Positions 15,517-29,415 of a stretch of 64,000 nt of DNA are shown here, piece after piece. The notes under the pieces are model-generated. The model did no database searches and had not been told where the DNA came from. It worked only from the letters and a program-made list of their open reading frames with translations. The position numbers and the translations under genes are program-made. The stretch comes from Chrysomallon squamiferum. Taxonomy: Eukaryota > Animalia > Mollusca. The stretch is from NCBI GenBank assembly GCA_012295275.1, contig CM022674.1:2108001-2172000 (forward strand), written 5' to 3'. How positions within the stretch are numbered: position 1 is the first letter of the stretch; each line of letters opens with the position of its first letter.

Positions 15517-16169
15517 TACGTATGTATGTATATATAAATGTATGTACGTACGTACGTATGTATGTATGTATGAATGTATATATATATGTATGTATGCATG
15601 TATATGTATATGTATGGTTGTATGTATGTATGTAAGTATCATGTATGTATGTATGTATTTATATATGTATGTATGTATATATGTGTGTATATGTATATGT
15701 ATATTTGTATGTGTACTAAAACATTTTGAACATATCCATAACTATAACACATTCTTCTTCATTCTTTTTTCTTTTAATACCATAATTATATAAGACATAG
15801 AAACAAACAAACATGAAACAGTCCATTACTACTAATAATGACAATCAGGTATTTTTATATAGTGATACCAAGAAAGAAAGAAATGCAAACTAATTAATGT
15901 AGATGATTTGCAAACATCTCTTACGAATGAAAATGGTCAGTTAATGGTTTGATCAATATTTGATGTTTTTTGATTACAGAGAGATCTGTTTATCCGAGCT
16001 TTCATCGTGTAATTATATTATCATTAACTGACAAATGAGCAGTGGAAATATTTTCATATCGGTGGAATGTATAGAATTTTGGAATATGGAATAAATTTTT
16101 GTTTGATTATGGATTGAATGTAGTTTTAGTGTGTAAATAAAATTTATTGTAGTGTTAAGTAAATGTTAT

Positions 16170-16540
16170 TTTGATATGAAATGAATCTTGTTTTAATATG
16201 AAATAAAATTTGTTTTAATATGAAAAATATTTATTTTAATATGAAATGAATCATATTTTAATTTGAAATAAATTTTATTTTAATATGAAAATGAACCTTG
16301 TTTTAATTTGAAATAAATTTAATTTTAATATGAAAATAAACCTTATTTTAATTTGAAATTTTTTTTATTTAAATTTAAACTAAACCCTATTTTAACAAGA
16401 AATAAAATTTATTTTAATACGAAATGATTCTTATTTAATACGAAATTAACCTTATTTCAGTCTCTTAATTTGAAATAAACCATAATAAAATACAAAACTA
16501 AATTTAATTTTTCGATATGAAAAATGAACCTTATTTCATT
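16170..16540. repeat. Degenerate ~23-bp AT-rich tandem repeat (tttaatatgaaataaaccttatt)
   Basis: Recurring unit visible in the sequence. Confidence 0.75.
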
Positions 16541-17017
16541 CTCGTCTATTGTTTCTGCTGAAACGACCATTATCAGCAGAAAAACGTGGACAAACTGCCG
16601 AGTAATCACTAATTTCTATCTTTCACAACAAAACAAAACAAAACAGAACAGAAATCTAAATAAACAGCCCAGCTATTTATCACTTAATCAATGGAAACAT
16701 TGCAGCCGCAAACAGACCTGTTTTGGGACTTTCGTGCCATGGAACGAAATAGATTTTGAACCATAAACAGATTCACCATGGGAATTCTTCGCATTGGTTT
16801 CTGCTGCAGTTTGTAGATTGTTCGGTTGTTTCCAGTTTCCACTTTTTGGAAAGGAAATCGGTTTTCAAGAGATATGTAGCATTCGAATGATGGGATTATT
16901 GTCAGAATGCAGTGAATTATTCAAACGTTTCCGTAACGGATCCCGTCAAATGGTTTAATTAATGATGTTAGATATTGTGTGTGTGTGTGTGTTTTTTTTT
17001 AAATTTATTGCTTAGGA

Positions 17018-17053
<36 letters not shown>

Positions 17054-17340
17054 TATGTGTGTGTGTATGTATGTGTGTGTGTGTCTGTGTCTGTGTCTGT
17101 GTTTGTATGTGTGTGTATGTATGTCTGTGTGTGTGTTTCTGTGTCTGTGTGTTTATTTGAGTGTGCGCATATGTGTGTTTGTGTCTGTGTGTGTGTGTGT
17201 GTGAGTGTATTTGGTTTTTGTACATGTGTGTGTGTGTATGTGAGTGTGTGTGAATGTGTGTCTGCATGTGTGTGTGTGCAGTTTTGTATGTATGGATGTC
17301 TCATAATCTTATGTGGTTTGTGTCTCTCTCTCTGTCTCTG

Positions 17341-17385
<45 letters not shown>

Positions 17386-17695
17386 CTAATCTATCTATCT
17401 TATTTGTATGTATGAGTTTATGAACTTCTGTGTTAGTGCATTTTATCTCACATTTTGTAAATTAACTATGTATATCGGTGTATCTCTAACCTCTGTAATG
17501 TTATTAACTTGTGGTTACTATGTTATCTCTCAGTAAATATTATTTGTTATTCTAAAGCAGTGGGTCCCAAGATAATTGATGTTTTTTTTTTTTCAAAGAG
17601 GAAAAGTGTGAACATGTAATAAATAGAGTAATAGGAGACAGCTTCTACTCAGCTTCTGTATTTTGTCTGTCTGTCTGTATCTTTCTGTCACATGC

Positions 17696-17808
<113 letters not shown>

Positions 17809-17842
17809 CTCTCTTAATTTCTCTCTCTCTCTCTCTCTCTCA

Positions 17843-17913
<71 letters not shown>

Positions 17914-17941
17914 AATTTCTCTCTCTCTCTCTCAATTTCTT

Positions 17942-18010
<69 letters not shown>

Positions 18011-18422
18011 TGTTCTATCTTTCTATCTCTCTCTTTATCTGTCTCTACATTTTTCTCTCCAATACTTAAATAAATGAATAAATATATGAACAGATAAATA
18101 AGTGAATCAACAGAAAAATAAGTGAATCAATCAATCAATAAATAAATTAATTAATAAGTGAATAGATAAAGCAATAAATAAGTGAATAAATAAATAAACA
18201 AACACACAAACAAATAAACACACAAACAAACAAACAAACACACAAACAAACAAACAAACAAACAGACACAAACAAACAAACAAACAAACAAACAAACACA
18301 CAAACAAACAAACAAACAAACACACAAACAAACAAACAAACAAACAAACATACAAACAAACAAACAAACAAACAAACAAACAAACAGACAAACAAACAAC
18401 TAAATAAACTGATTGCTTTCAG

Positions 18423-18627
18423 AGCACCTGTGCACATCCGAAGTCGGTGAATCCAAGTCAGAACGGAGTTTTTTCTAAAGATCCGCCTGGAAGCAACTCC
18501 CCCAAAGTCTCCGCGAGACAAGACACCCCTCCTCGTTGTCACTTCTGCCTCAGACAATTCCTCGCCCATCTCCAGCCTGTCCCAGCAGTCCTTTCAGTAC
18601 ATTGATGAAGAACCATCCAAAAAAAAG
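18423..18627 (+). CDS. Gene A exon 4 (contains a 1-nt frame discrepancy, or uses an acceptor at 18481)
   Basis: gctttcag|AGCACC...AAAAAG|gtaacg is 205 nt, but flanking phases require a multiple of 3. The 3' part reads IRLEATPPKSPRDKTPLLVVTSASDNSSPISSLSQQSFQYIDEEPSKKK. Confidence 0.65.
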
Positions 18628-18724
18628 GTAACGATTTTATTTTTGTTTTTTTATTTGTGCTCCGTTTATGATTGAAAAAGGTGACATTTTTGCTTTTCTT
18701 TCTTCTTCTTCTTCCTGTTGTTGC

Positions 18725-18764
<40 letters not shown>

Positions 18765-18785
18765 ATTATTATTATGATTATGATT

Positions 18786-18816
<31 letters not shown>

Positions 18817-18922
18817 TTAATTTTTTTGATTAATTTCACACCATTTGTAATTTTATTTTCATTATCTGTTATTCCTTTCTGAATAATCATATCCAGAGTA
18901 CTGCCCATATAAAATGAATTGG

Positions 18923-18999
<77 letters not shown>

Positions 19000-19499
19000 A
19001 TATATTTTTGTTTGATGTTTATGCATATATCCTCAGTCAGCAGACAATTTCAGTCACACCTCATATTTTAAAATTAAATTAAAGTACAAAAAAAAAAAAA
19101 AACAAAAAAAAAATAAAGGTTGACTTATACACTGTTAACTACAGTACCTCAGAAACTAGTTCAGCATGTGTTTTTCTTTTTGTTCTTGTTCTTGTTGTTT
19201 ATTTAAATATAGTAGGTGTGTGTGTGGTTTTTTTTATGTTTTGTCATTTTATTTATCTGTATGATGAGTGTATTTATATGTGTATTGTTTTACTGCAGTC
19301 AAGTATTCAGAATCTGACTGATTCTAACTGTTAAGTTTAAATAATTTTAATCTCTGTGTCTATTTTTCATTGTTGTGTGTAAATTAAACTTTATGACATA
19401 TTCTACAGGTGCAATGTTTGTTTGTGTAATCTTGTTGAAACTAGTATGTATATTATTTTTAGTTTATTCTACTTAACTTTCTCCTTCACTCCTCAATTT

Positions 19500-19800
19500 T
19501 GTTCTTGTCTCCTTCAGTTTCTCCTTGCCTCCTTAAAGTTTTTCTTATCTCTTTTAGTTACTTCTTGTCTCCTTAAATGACTCCTTGCCTCCTTAAATTT
19601 CTTCTTATCTCCTTTAGTTACTCCTTGTCTCCTTAAATTTTTACTTGTCTCCTTTAGTTACTTCTTGTCCCCTTAAATGACTCCTTGTCTCCTTAAATGT
19701 CTTCTTATCTCCTTAAATTTCTAGTTGTCTCCTTTAGTTACTCCTTGTCTCCTTAAATTTCTTGTCTCCTTTAGTTTCTCCTTGTCTCCTTAAATTTCTT
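19500..19800. repeat. ~20-bp pyrimidine-rich minisatellite (cttgtctccttaaatttctt / cttgtctcctttagttactc), about 15 copies
   Basis: Direct tandem units with alternating variants. Confidence 0.85.
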
Positions 19801-19900
19801 TTTCTTTCCTTAGGTTTCTACTGTCTCTCATTTTCTGCTTTACTCCTTTAATTTCTCCTTCACTTTCTCCTTCACCACATCAATTTCTCCTATTTTCCAG

Positions 19901-19933
19901 GCTCCTACATCAACCCTCTTGCTTTCTGTTTAA
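19901..19933 (+). CDS. Candidate alternative terminal exon of gene A (APTSTLLLSV*)
   Basis: Long pyrimidine tract ending tattttccag, then a phase-0 reading to TAA. No independent support. Confidence 0.3.
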   Translation, partial: APTSTLLLSV

Positions 19934-20246
19934 ATGTATTTGTTTCAGCCTTGTTTCGATTCACTTTTTTTTTATTACTTTATCTGGATTTTTTTTTTTT
20001 TTTTTTTTGTTTTTTTCTTTCACCAGTTTTGTTTATATTCCTTGTCTCTGTGTTCTTGGTTTCATTTTGTTCGTTCTGGCTCTGATGTGGGATGTTTTCA
20101 AAGACTACTATCATTAAGATAAAAACTTGTAGAAACACCCAGTTTAAGTAAACAGCGAGGAAACTGACAATAACACTGCAAATTAAAAAAATAGTTAAAA
20201 TGATTTATACAACACTCTTTGTAAAACACACATACACCCATCCATT

Positions 20247-20303
<57 letters not shown>

Positions 20304-20499
20304 GTAGATACATACATACATACATAAATATGTCCATACCCATGCACAAACATACTTAGATACATACATACATACATACATAAATATGTATGTACATATT
20401 TAAATACATGCATGCATAGTCCAAAATGTATATTATATTTCATACATATGATAAAATACATGCATTATATTTCAGTCCAAAAAATTACAGTATAACCAA

Positions 20500-20822
20500 A
20501 AAAATAATTGTTATTTTCATGTGTATATTAACATACAGAATTAACCACACCTAAAAATTATTGTAAATAATTCATTATATTTCATGTGTATGGTAAATTA
20601 CAGTATTAACCACATCTAAAAATGAATTATAAATAATTCATTATATTTCATGTGTATATTAACATACAGTATTTAACTACATCTAAAAATGTATTGTAAA
20701 TAATTCATTATATTTCATGTGTATATTAACATACAGAATTAACCACACCTAAAAATATATTGTAAATAATTCATTATATTTCATGTGTAATGTTAACATA
20801 CACTAGTAACCACATCTAAAGA
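20500..20822. repeat. ~62-bp tandem repeat, about 5 copies
   Basis: Unit taattcattatatttcatgtgtatattaacatacagaattaaccacacctaaaaa..ttgtaaa. Confidence 0.88.
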
Positions 20823-20855
20823 TGTATCTGCCTATAACCAATTGTATTTCGTGGC

Positions 20856-20888
<33 letters not shown>

Positions 20889-21286
20889 TGTGTGTTAACA
20901 TACAGTATCAGTGAAGATGTAGTCTGATCATTATCCTCTCTGTTACAGTTATTAACTGTTGAGATAGACTCGGATCAATAAACAGAGCCGTATTTTGGAT
21001 CAGATCTCTCATTAATCTCCCCCAGTGTTGGTTGTTAACTGGGGGGTGGGGGGTGGAGGGGATGGGGGTGTCACGGAGTAGTGCAATGTTTTGTTTCATT
21101 GACTGTGAAGTCTTACAAGCTACCTAGTGTTACGATTTCATCCAGTTTTGGAAATTTTTACAATTTTTGCTTTGTCTTTTCATTTATTTTTATTTTTATT
21201 TTTTTATTATTATTATTATTATTATTAATTTTTTTTAATTGTTAAAATATTGTTTTTTTTTTATCTGGAGTTGTTTTTGTTTCTGA

Positions 21287-21317
<31 letters not shown>

Positions 21318-23526
21318 TTGTATATTTTATTTGTAATTGTTTTTTGTTGTTTGTTTGTTTGTGGGTTTTTTATTCTTGTTTTTAATGGGTTTATTTTTTT
21401 TGGGACAATGACCTGTATTTTTTATATTTTAAAAGCAAGTATTTTTTAAATTGTAGTTTTCTAATATTTTTAAAATAAGGGCAAGATGTTATATTTTTGA
21501 TTTGATTTTCGTTGAATTATGGATTTTTATTCATAATAAAAATAATAATAACAATATATTTAGCAGTTGTATTAGTAGCGTTAATAAAAAAAACAATAAT
21601 GTTATAATTATGAAATAAAATCTCTTTTTAATAATCAGATATCTTATTTCAAATTTGTTTAGATTTTTTTTTTTAATTGCAGAAATATTTTTAAAAATAT
21701 TTTTTAAAAAGGATTTCTTCATTTAGCCAGAAAATTTATTTCGAAAATGATTATACTTATAATTGCTTTTTTTTATATAACCAGAAAAAGAATAACATTG
21801 ATTATTTTTCTCATTTCTTTTTCTTTTCTTCTTCTTCTTCTTCTTCTTCTTCTTCATATTTTTGAAATCCTGATAAAAGCTTTGAATCTGAAAATGATGT
21901 AAGGATTCCTTTTAAAATAAGAGAATATAATTCATTTTGTTGCATATAGGTTCTATCTAGATATTTTTTACAATGTTGTCTTTTATTTATTTATTTTTAC
22001 ATCATTTTTTGATAACAGAATTTAGTTACAATTAGTAATGTGAGATGCATGTAATATAAAAATAAAGGATAATAGGTTAAAAAAAATGGCATTGTTACTT
22101 TGTCACTTCCTGATTGAAATGTTTTTTTTTTTTTTTTTTTTTTTTTTTGCATTGTTTATTTATTTATTTTATTATTTATTTATTAATTTAAATATTTGTT
22201 TTAACAAACCAGCTGTGTTAGTTTGATTGGAATGGGAAATCAGTAGATATAAACAGATATTAAAAACTGATTAGTCATTCTTGTGTTTCTTAAGCAATCA
22301 TTCTAACCCCAGGGACATGGCATTGTCCATTATAATCTGCTGTGAGATAAAAATAATAATAACAAAAAAAAAAAAAAAAAGTCATTCTAATTTTGGTGAT
22401 AATAATAAAATTGGATTTACACAAAATTTTCATGTAATTAAAAAAAAAAAAAAAGGTTACCTAATTTTCTCTTCATCCATTATCAAGTTGAGAACAAAAA
22501 AAAAAAAAAAAAAATCAATAAATCAATAAATTATAAAAATAAAAGAAATCTGTTTATGAGTATTTAGCACCTAATCAAATTATGTCTATTGTCATCATCA
22601 ACAAAGCTTACAAAAGCTTCTTTTTATTGTTATTTTTTAAGCTAGTTAATGATGCATTATTAATTTATTTTATTTTAATTTTTTTTTTTTTTTTGTTATT
22701 ATTAATATTTATGTTTGACACAGATAAAATAATTGATTTTGATGGTTATATTTTTTCTACCTCTGATTAAGATATAATGTTGTTTTATATTGTGTGTATA
22801 TATATATATATATATGTATGTTTATTGTTTGTTTCTTGTAAGGAATATGAACTTAATAATTACAATAATACAATAAAGCAATAATAATAGTAATAGCATA
22901 ATAATAATGATAATCATAATAACAACAATAATAATAACAATAATAATCTTCATATTAATAATAATAATAACAATAACAATAATAATAAGAAAATAACAAT
23001 AATAATAACAATATCAAATAACAATAATAATAATAATAATAAGAAAAGAAGAACAAGAAGAATTTCTGTGCTGAAAATAACATACTTATTTCTGTGCTGG
23101 AAAGGAATATATATATATATATATATATGGGACACAGAGACCTAAAACGTACTTTTAACAGGAAACGAAGGTTGTTTATAATTAGCTATTTTAATAAGCA
23201 TCTGTAATCACCTTACTCATTGATTAGTTTTTGAAATTAGCCTCATCCTCAGCCTCAATCCAATTATGATGGAAAAAGTCATTAGTGGGTTTTAACACTC
23301 TAGTGAACATGTTTGTTTTGCACCGAGTTTTCTGCCTGACTCAGTCTTGTAGGGTGAATCTGTTAGAGGAGTGCAACTCTCAGTTTTTGTGGATTATTTT
23401 TTTGTGTCTGTCTGGATATGTGTCTGTCTGTGCGTAAATCCATGTGTAGATCTTTCTGTTGTTTTCTGTGTTTTTCTCTCTTTTTTTTTTTTTTTTTCTC
23501 TCTTGAAATCTCTTTCTCTAACTGTA

Positions 23527-23601
<75 letters not shown>

Positions 23602-23710
23602 GTCTGTCTGTATCTGTTTTTCTCTCTTTCTGTTTTTCTTTTCTTTCTCTCTCTCTCTGTCTGTCTGTATCTGTTTTTTATTCTTTTCTCTTTCATCTGT
23701 TCTCTCTCTG

Positions 23711-23847
<137 letters not shown>

Positions 23848-24033
23848 CCCCTATTAGAAATACATTTTTTTAAACAAAAATTACAGACATAAAAACATTC
23901 ACAGCTATATGGACATGTAATTAATTATTAAGACTATTTTATGTGGTTATTTTTTTTTTTTTTTTTTTAAATTAACTTTCATTCACAAATCAAATGCACT
24001 CAGCTGATAACTAATTTTTTGTGTGTTTTACAG

Positions 24034-25662
24034 AATTTCCCTTGTCGCCAAGGCGAAGCAGAGCGACAACCTCTTTTGACAGAAGATCAAGAGGGAAGGG
24101 AAACAACTCCAGCCGTGAACCAGAACGGATCTAACAACAACAGAGTAGTGGAACTTGGCAAATCAGGTAATAGTCTGCCTGAACACACAACAAGGGACAC
24201 AACTCCGGAGCAGACAGGGGACACAACTCCGCTGATAGAAAATCCTCATCATTCGGAGTTTGGCCTGTCCCAGTCGGACAGCAGTCTGAACTCAAACAAC
24301 CCTTTCAGACTGAGTGCCCAGACGGAGTACACTCCACCTCCAGACGACGTCGTCTGCAGCTACGTCGGCTACAGCAGCAACAACAACATCTTCGTCAGTA
24401 GCCTCTGGGACCACAGGAACAACAGCTACCACAACAACTCGCCGAAGTGTCTGCTGCGCAGCGAGTCGCTGCCAGTGAGCGCCGGTGTGGATGTGCACGG
24501 ACATCACCGGTTCAACCCTTCGTACCTGACCCAGGCTGATCACAGCCGCTCCCTGGGCGAGGCACAAGCCAGGTACGACAGCAGCTCCCTGGTGTACCAG
24601 TCCAGTATGGTGGATCCAGGTAGCAGACAGTCCAGCATGGATTCGTCATGTGCGGATCCAGGTAAGAAACAATCCAGTTTGGATTCTTCATGTGCAGAGG
24701 ATCCAGGTAAAAGACAGTCCAGTGTTGATCCAGTGTGCGTGGATCCAGGTAAGAAACAATCCAGTTCGGATTCTTCGTGTGTGGATCCAGGTAAGAAACA
24801 GTTCAGTGTGGATTCTTCAAGTTTTGATCCAGGTAAGAAACAGTGTAGTGTGGATTCTTCATATGTGGATCCAGGTGAAAAACAATCCATTGTAGATTCT
24901 TCAGGTTTGGATCCAGGTAAAAAACAATCCAGTTTGGATTCTTCATGTGTGGATCCAGGTAACAGACAGTCCAGTATTGATTCAACGTGCATGGATCCAA
25001 GTAAGAAACAAGTTTCTTCAGGTCTGGATTCAAGTGAAAAACAATCCACTGTGGATTCTGCGAATCTGGATCCAAGTGACAGACAGTCATCGTCCACTGT
25101 GGATTCGTCTGGTTTGGATCCAGGTGAGAGACAATCCAGTGTGCCGTCATCAAGTGTTAACCCATCCAGCTCAGACAGAGTCGCTGGGTCTGGTGTTGAT
25201 GAGTCGTCATCACCCAGTGTCGACAATAGTCCAAAACAGTCCACCAGTGATAACACTGAAACAGCGTCCAGCATTAGACAGTCCAGTTCTGAACGTTTCG
25301 TCAGACAGTCCAACGTGGATGGACAGTCCAGTTTAGACTGTCCAGATCCAGATGACAAATGGAGTAAAATCTCACCTGATGCAAAGGATGCAGAGATTTC
25401 CAGTGAACGTGATAACGAAACATTAAATTTGCAGCAGATGTCTGCGGATAGTGTAAAGGGAGATAACTCACCACCGACAGCTTCGTGTGGTGAGAGAGGA
25501 AGCGACACCGAAGAGTGCAGCAGTGAAGGGAAAGATAACTCTGGTAGGAGATGTGGTGAAAAGGTTGTCCCTAAGGACAGAAGGTTGGTGAAGAGACCAG
25601 TGTTTGATAAGAATGCTCTGGAGACATTACTGTCTTCTGAAAAGCAATCCACTTTACTTTAA
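24034..25662 (+). CDS. Gene A terminal exon: long Ser/Asp-rich disordered tail with 14-aa repeats, ending EKQSTLL*
   Basis: gtgttttacag|AATTTC, phase 0, in frame with the 547-aa non-microsatellite ORF; stop TAA at 25660-25662. Confidence 0.85.
   Translation, partial: NFPCRQGEAERQPLLTEDQEGRETTPAVNQNGSNNNRVVELGKSGNSLPEHTTRDTTPEQTGDTTPLIENPHHSEFGLSQSDSSLNSNNPFRLSAQTEYTPPPDDVVCSYVGYSSNNNIFVSSLWDHRNNSYHNNSPKCLLRSESLPVSAGVDVHGHHRFNPSYLTQADHSRSLGEAQARYDSSSLVYQSSMVDPGSRQSSMDSSCADPGKKQSSLDSSCAEDPGKRQSSVDPVCVDPGKKQSSSDSSCVDPGKKQFSVDSSSFDPGKKQCSVDSSYVDPGEKQSIVDSSGLDPGKKQSSLDSSCVDPGNRQSSIDSTCMDPSKKQVSSGLDSSEKQSTVDSANLDPSDRQSSSTVDSSGLDPGERQSSVPSSSVNPSSSDRVAGSGVDESSSPSVDNSPKQSTSDNTETASSIRQSSSERFVRQSNVDGQSSLDCPDPDDKWSKISPDAKDAEISSERDNETLNLQQMSADSVKGDNSPPTASCGERGSDTEECSSEGKDNSGRRCGEKVVPKDRRLVKRPVFDKNALETLLSSEKQSTLL
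24610..25145 (+). repeat. Coding 42-bp tandem repeat (consensus peptide DPGKKQSSLDSSCV), about 13 degenerate copies
   Basis: Recurring GGATCCAGGTAAGAAACAATCCAG units, visible in both DNA and translation. Confidence 0.9.
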
Positions 25663-25776
25663 CCTTTCATTTTGATTACAGTCTTGTGTGTGTGTGAGTG
25701 TGTGTGTGTGTTTGTGTGTGTATGTGTGTGTTCATGTGTTGTGTGTGCGAGTGTGTGCATGTGTTTGTGTGAGTGT

Positions 25777-25816
<40 letters not shown>

Positions 25817-26649
25817 ATGTGTTTGTGTGTGAGAGTGTGTATGTGTGTGTGCGTGTGTGCTTGTGTGTGCTTGTGTGTGTGTGAGTGTGTGTGTGTGTTG
25901 TAAAGTGATGTTTAAATAAATTAAAAAATTTTAGGTCATCAATTCCACAAAATTCATAAATATTGCTCTATTAGTTTATATTTTACACATGAAAAAACAA
26001 TCTAAGAAGAAAAGAAGAAGAAGAAGAAAATAAAAAACAGGTCTGCATTCATTTAAGAACAGTTAATGGATACTGAAAAAACCAGACTCAAAAGTGATGA
26101 AGAAGAAGAAAAAAAATTAAAATATTTGTGAATGTATATTCTATAACCTCCATATAAAAAGAATACTGAATGGATAAGCTTGCGTGAACATCTAAGAATT
26201 GATTTGTCAACAAGATGGGATCCATTTGTAAACTGATTTAGATTGTAAACAACATTCATTTAGTTTGTAAACACAGTTCCATTGGTTTGTAAGAAAAAAT
26301 ATACTGACACACACAGACACACATACATATGGCATGCACACATTCTATTTGACATCTCACTTTGTTTTAGTGCTAACACTAGAAGGTTTGTTTATAGACA
26401 GTTACGTATTTTTCACAATGCAATTTTCATATAAAAACAATTATATCATGTTAACCACAAATGTTTAGCATTAAAATAATCATGTTTAAGCCGAATGTTA
26501 TTGTTTATATGTGATATGGTATTAAACTGAATTCAACTGAATCAGATTATATTTTTTGTTATTATAAAATAAAACCATTATATAATAATAATTATGATGA
26601 TGATATAATGATGATGATGATGATGCAAACTGACTATTTAAATATTACA

Positions 26650-26680
<31 letters not shown>

Positions 26681-29320
26681 AATATCTGTTAGTGAGTATA
26701 TCAGATTATGTTTGTATATAAAATAGATTGCATTTGAAATCTTTTAACCCATGGAAATTAATTATTTAATCACACATACACCCAAATTTTGAAATACAAA
26801 TTTTAAAAAAAAAAATCCCAAAAACTTAGTCCATGTTATTTTAATCAATACAATAAACAAAGTACACACTAGATAACAATAGATTAATGAGTTTATTGTT
26901 GTTTTACAACCATTTTACAGTTGGTGATAGTAACAGTAATGATAACAGTGAGGATTTCCTGACACAAACATCATCAGCAGATTGCTTTATTTACACACAA
27001 ATTAATTAGAATATTTCTTTTGTTAATAATATCTAACTTACAACATTACATAAATCTCTGCTAACATATGTTAAATAATAACAATAACATCTTTAGCCAT
27101 AACACACCATTGTAACAGCCGAAAAAAAAAAAAAAAAATTTTTAATTTTAAGTCTGGTGTGTTTGAATATAATTAATAAATGAGTTATTGCAAAACTTAA
27201 CAAATGAAATATACTCTGCAAACAAATGTAGTTTTAAAAACAATATAAAAAATTTGATAATAAATTATTTTTTTTTTTTTTGTAAAACATGCAAACAAAC
27301 GTCTTTACAAAAACTGAACTTACAAACAGGCTTTACAAACAAGATTTACAAATAAGATTTACAAAATGCTGAAATTACTAAATGTCTTACTGATAAAATT
27401 TAGAAAGAATTTTATTTTATCAAGATGTGATTTATTAGTAGGATTTTAGAAAAAGGACTGAAAAATAAATGCCTTAAAGAATGTTCTTTTAAATGACAGA
27501 ATTTAGAAACATGATTTAAAAATGACAGGATTTACAAAAAAAGAAAAAAAAAATGTTATACAAAAATAGGATTTACAAACATGATTTGTAGAGCAGAATT
27601 TACAAATAAGGATAACAGAAAAAAATATTTACAAATTTTACAAAGACAGAAATTACAAGTATGCTTTAAAATGAAAGAACAAGATTTACAAAGAGGTTTT
27701 ACCAAAAAAACAACAGAATTTACAAACACGTTTCACATAAGAAAAATTATACAACAATACTTCAGAAATATAAAATAAAGTAAAAAACAGCATCGGTAAT
27801 ATTTACAAACAGGGCTTTGTGAAATCACACTTACAAACATCTGTACCAGTCCTTCGCTTACAAAATGATCTGTCCCAATAATTCAACAGTTTTTTTCTTA
27901 TTTATTTCTTTGACCAAATGACGAAAAATGAATTATATGTCAGCCAAATCAGGAACAACAGTCTTGTTCAGTAAAAAAAAAAAAAAACCCAAAACTAAAA
28001 ACAATTCTGCGAAATTAATTATTTTCAAACAGTTAAAAAAAACTCTTCAAAGTTTTGTCTCATACCATACTGAATGGACCATTTGAGTATTACCATTTAC
28101 TGGTCTAAAAATGAATCGGTCCAGTATACTATAAATCTAATTAACAATGTCCTATGGCATAAAAGAATCCATTGTATTTCAGATTTAATGTACAGGGATC
28201 TTTAACAGGGATCAATCTAGGATGTTACTTAGTCACTATATAATCGTCTATCATGGCTTAATCCACAACATTTCAGAGTTAATCCATAAAGATCCAACAC
28301 AGCATGGATTAAATCCAGTATTTTTGGATGATTGTCTAAAGAAGCGTTGATTAATCTGCTTCATTACCGAATTCGTAAATAACGTTCTAACAAATATAAC
28401 GGCATATATTTTTTTGGATTTACTTTTTTCACTCGCTATTTGTTATGTCAGCTTTAATGTGTTCGATGGTGATAACTATCTTGTTAATGAAGATGAAGAT
28501 TTAATAGGAGAGACACTTCAGTGAATGGAAGAACTGAAATATAAATCTAACATCGAAGGTACTGAGTACCAGTCTATTTGATCACAAACACAAAACCAGT
28601 CTATTTAATCACAAACACAAAAACCAGTCTATTTGTACTTTGTACCCTGCAGACTATATTTAAAATGTATTTCACATTTCATACAGTTTGGCACGTGATA
28701 ATAATGTCAATAATGATAATAATAATAATAAAAAAAAAAAAAAAAAAATAAATAAATAAATAAATTAATAAAATAAATAAATAAATAAATGTATATAAAT
28801 AAATAATATAATTAAAGTAAAGTAAATAAAATAAATATTTAATAACAAAACCAATAATTAATAAAAAAAAAAATAATAATAATAATTATCATTAGCAGAA
28901 GAAAAACAAGATGAACAACAACAAAAGCAACCAAAAAAAACAACAACAAACAAACAAACAAACAAAAAAAAAAAAAAACAGTGAAAAGAAAATTTAAAAC
29001 AATAATTAAAATTTGAAATCATGATAAAGTCTATCACTTTCCAGTCCCAATAAATAACGACAATAAAAAAAAGCGAAACTGTAAATAAACGAAGAAAGCA
29101 ACAACAAAGTAAAAATAATAAGCAAAGAAATAAAGAAAGAAAGAAAAAAGGGAGACAATTTCATTGAGAAATTTTGTTTAAAAACAAAAATGGAAGTTTT
29201 ATCATGTCTAAACTCTTCTGTCTTTGGCACAGTTACCTTAGCAACACTAACCTTCCCCCATTAGTCGTAACCATACACAGTTTCTTTTTCTCTAAAAATA
29301 ATAATAATAATAACAATAGC

Positions 29321-29351
<31 letters not shown>

Positions 29352-29415
29352 TAAATTAAAAAAACGATAAAAAAAAAAAAAAAAACGAGAAAAAATTAAA
29401 ATTAAAACTAAACAG

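Noticed and set aside
24540-25652. 370-aa antisense ORF over the gene A terminal exon
   Set aside because: Mirror of a repetitive Ser/Asp-rich frame; no start context or splice support.
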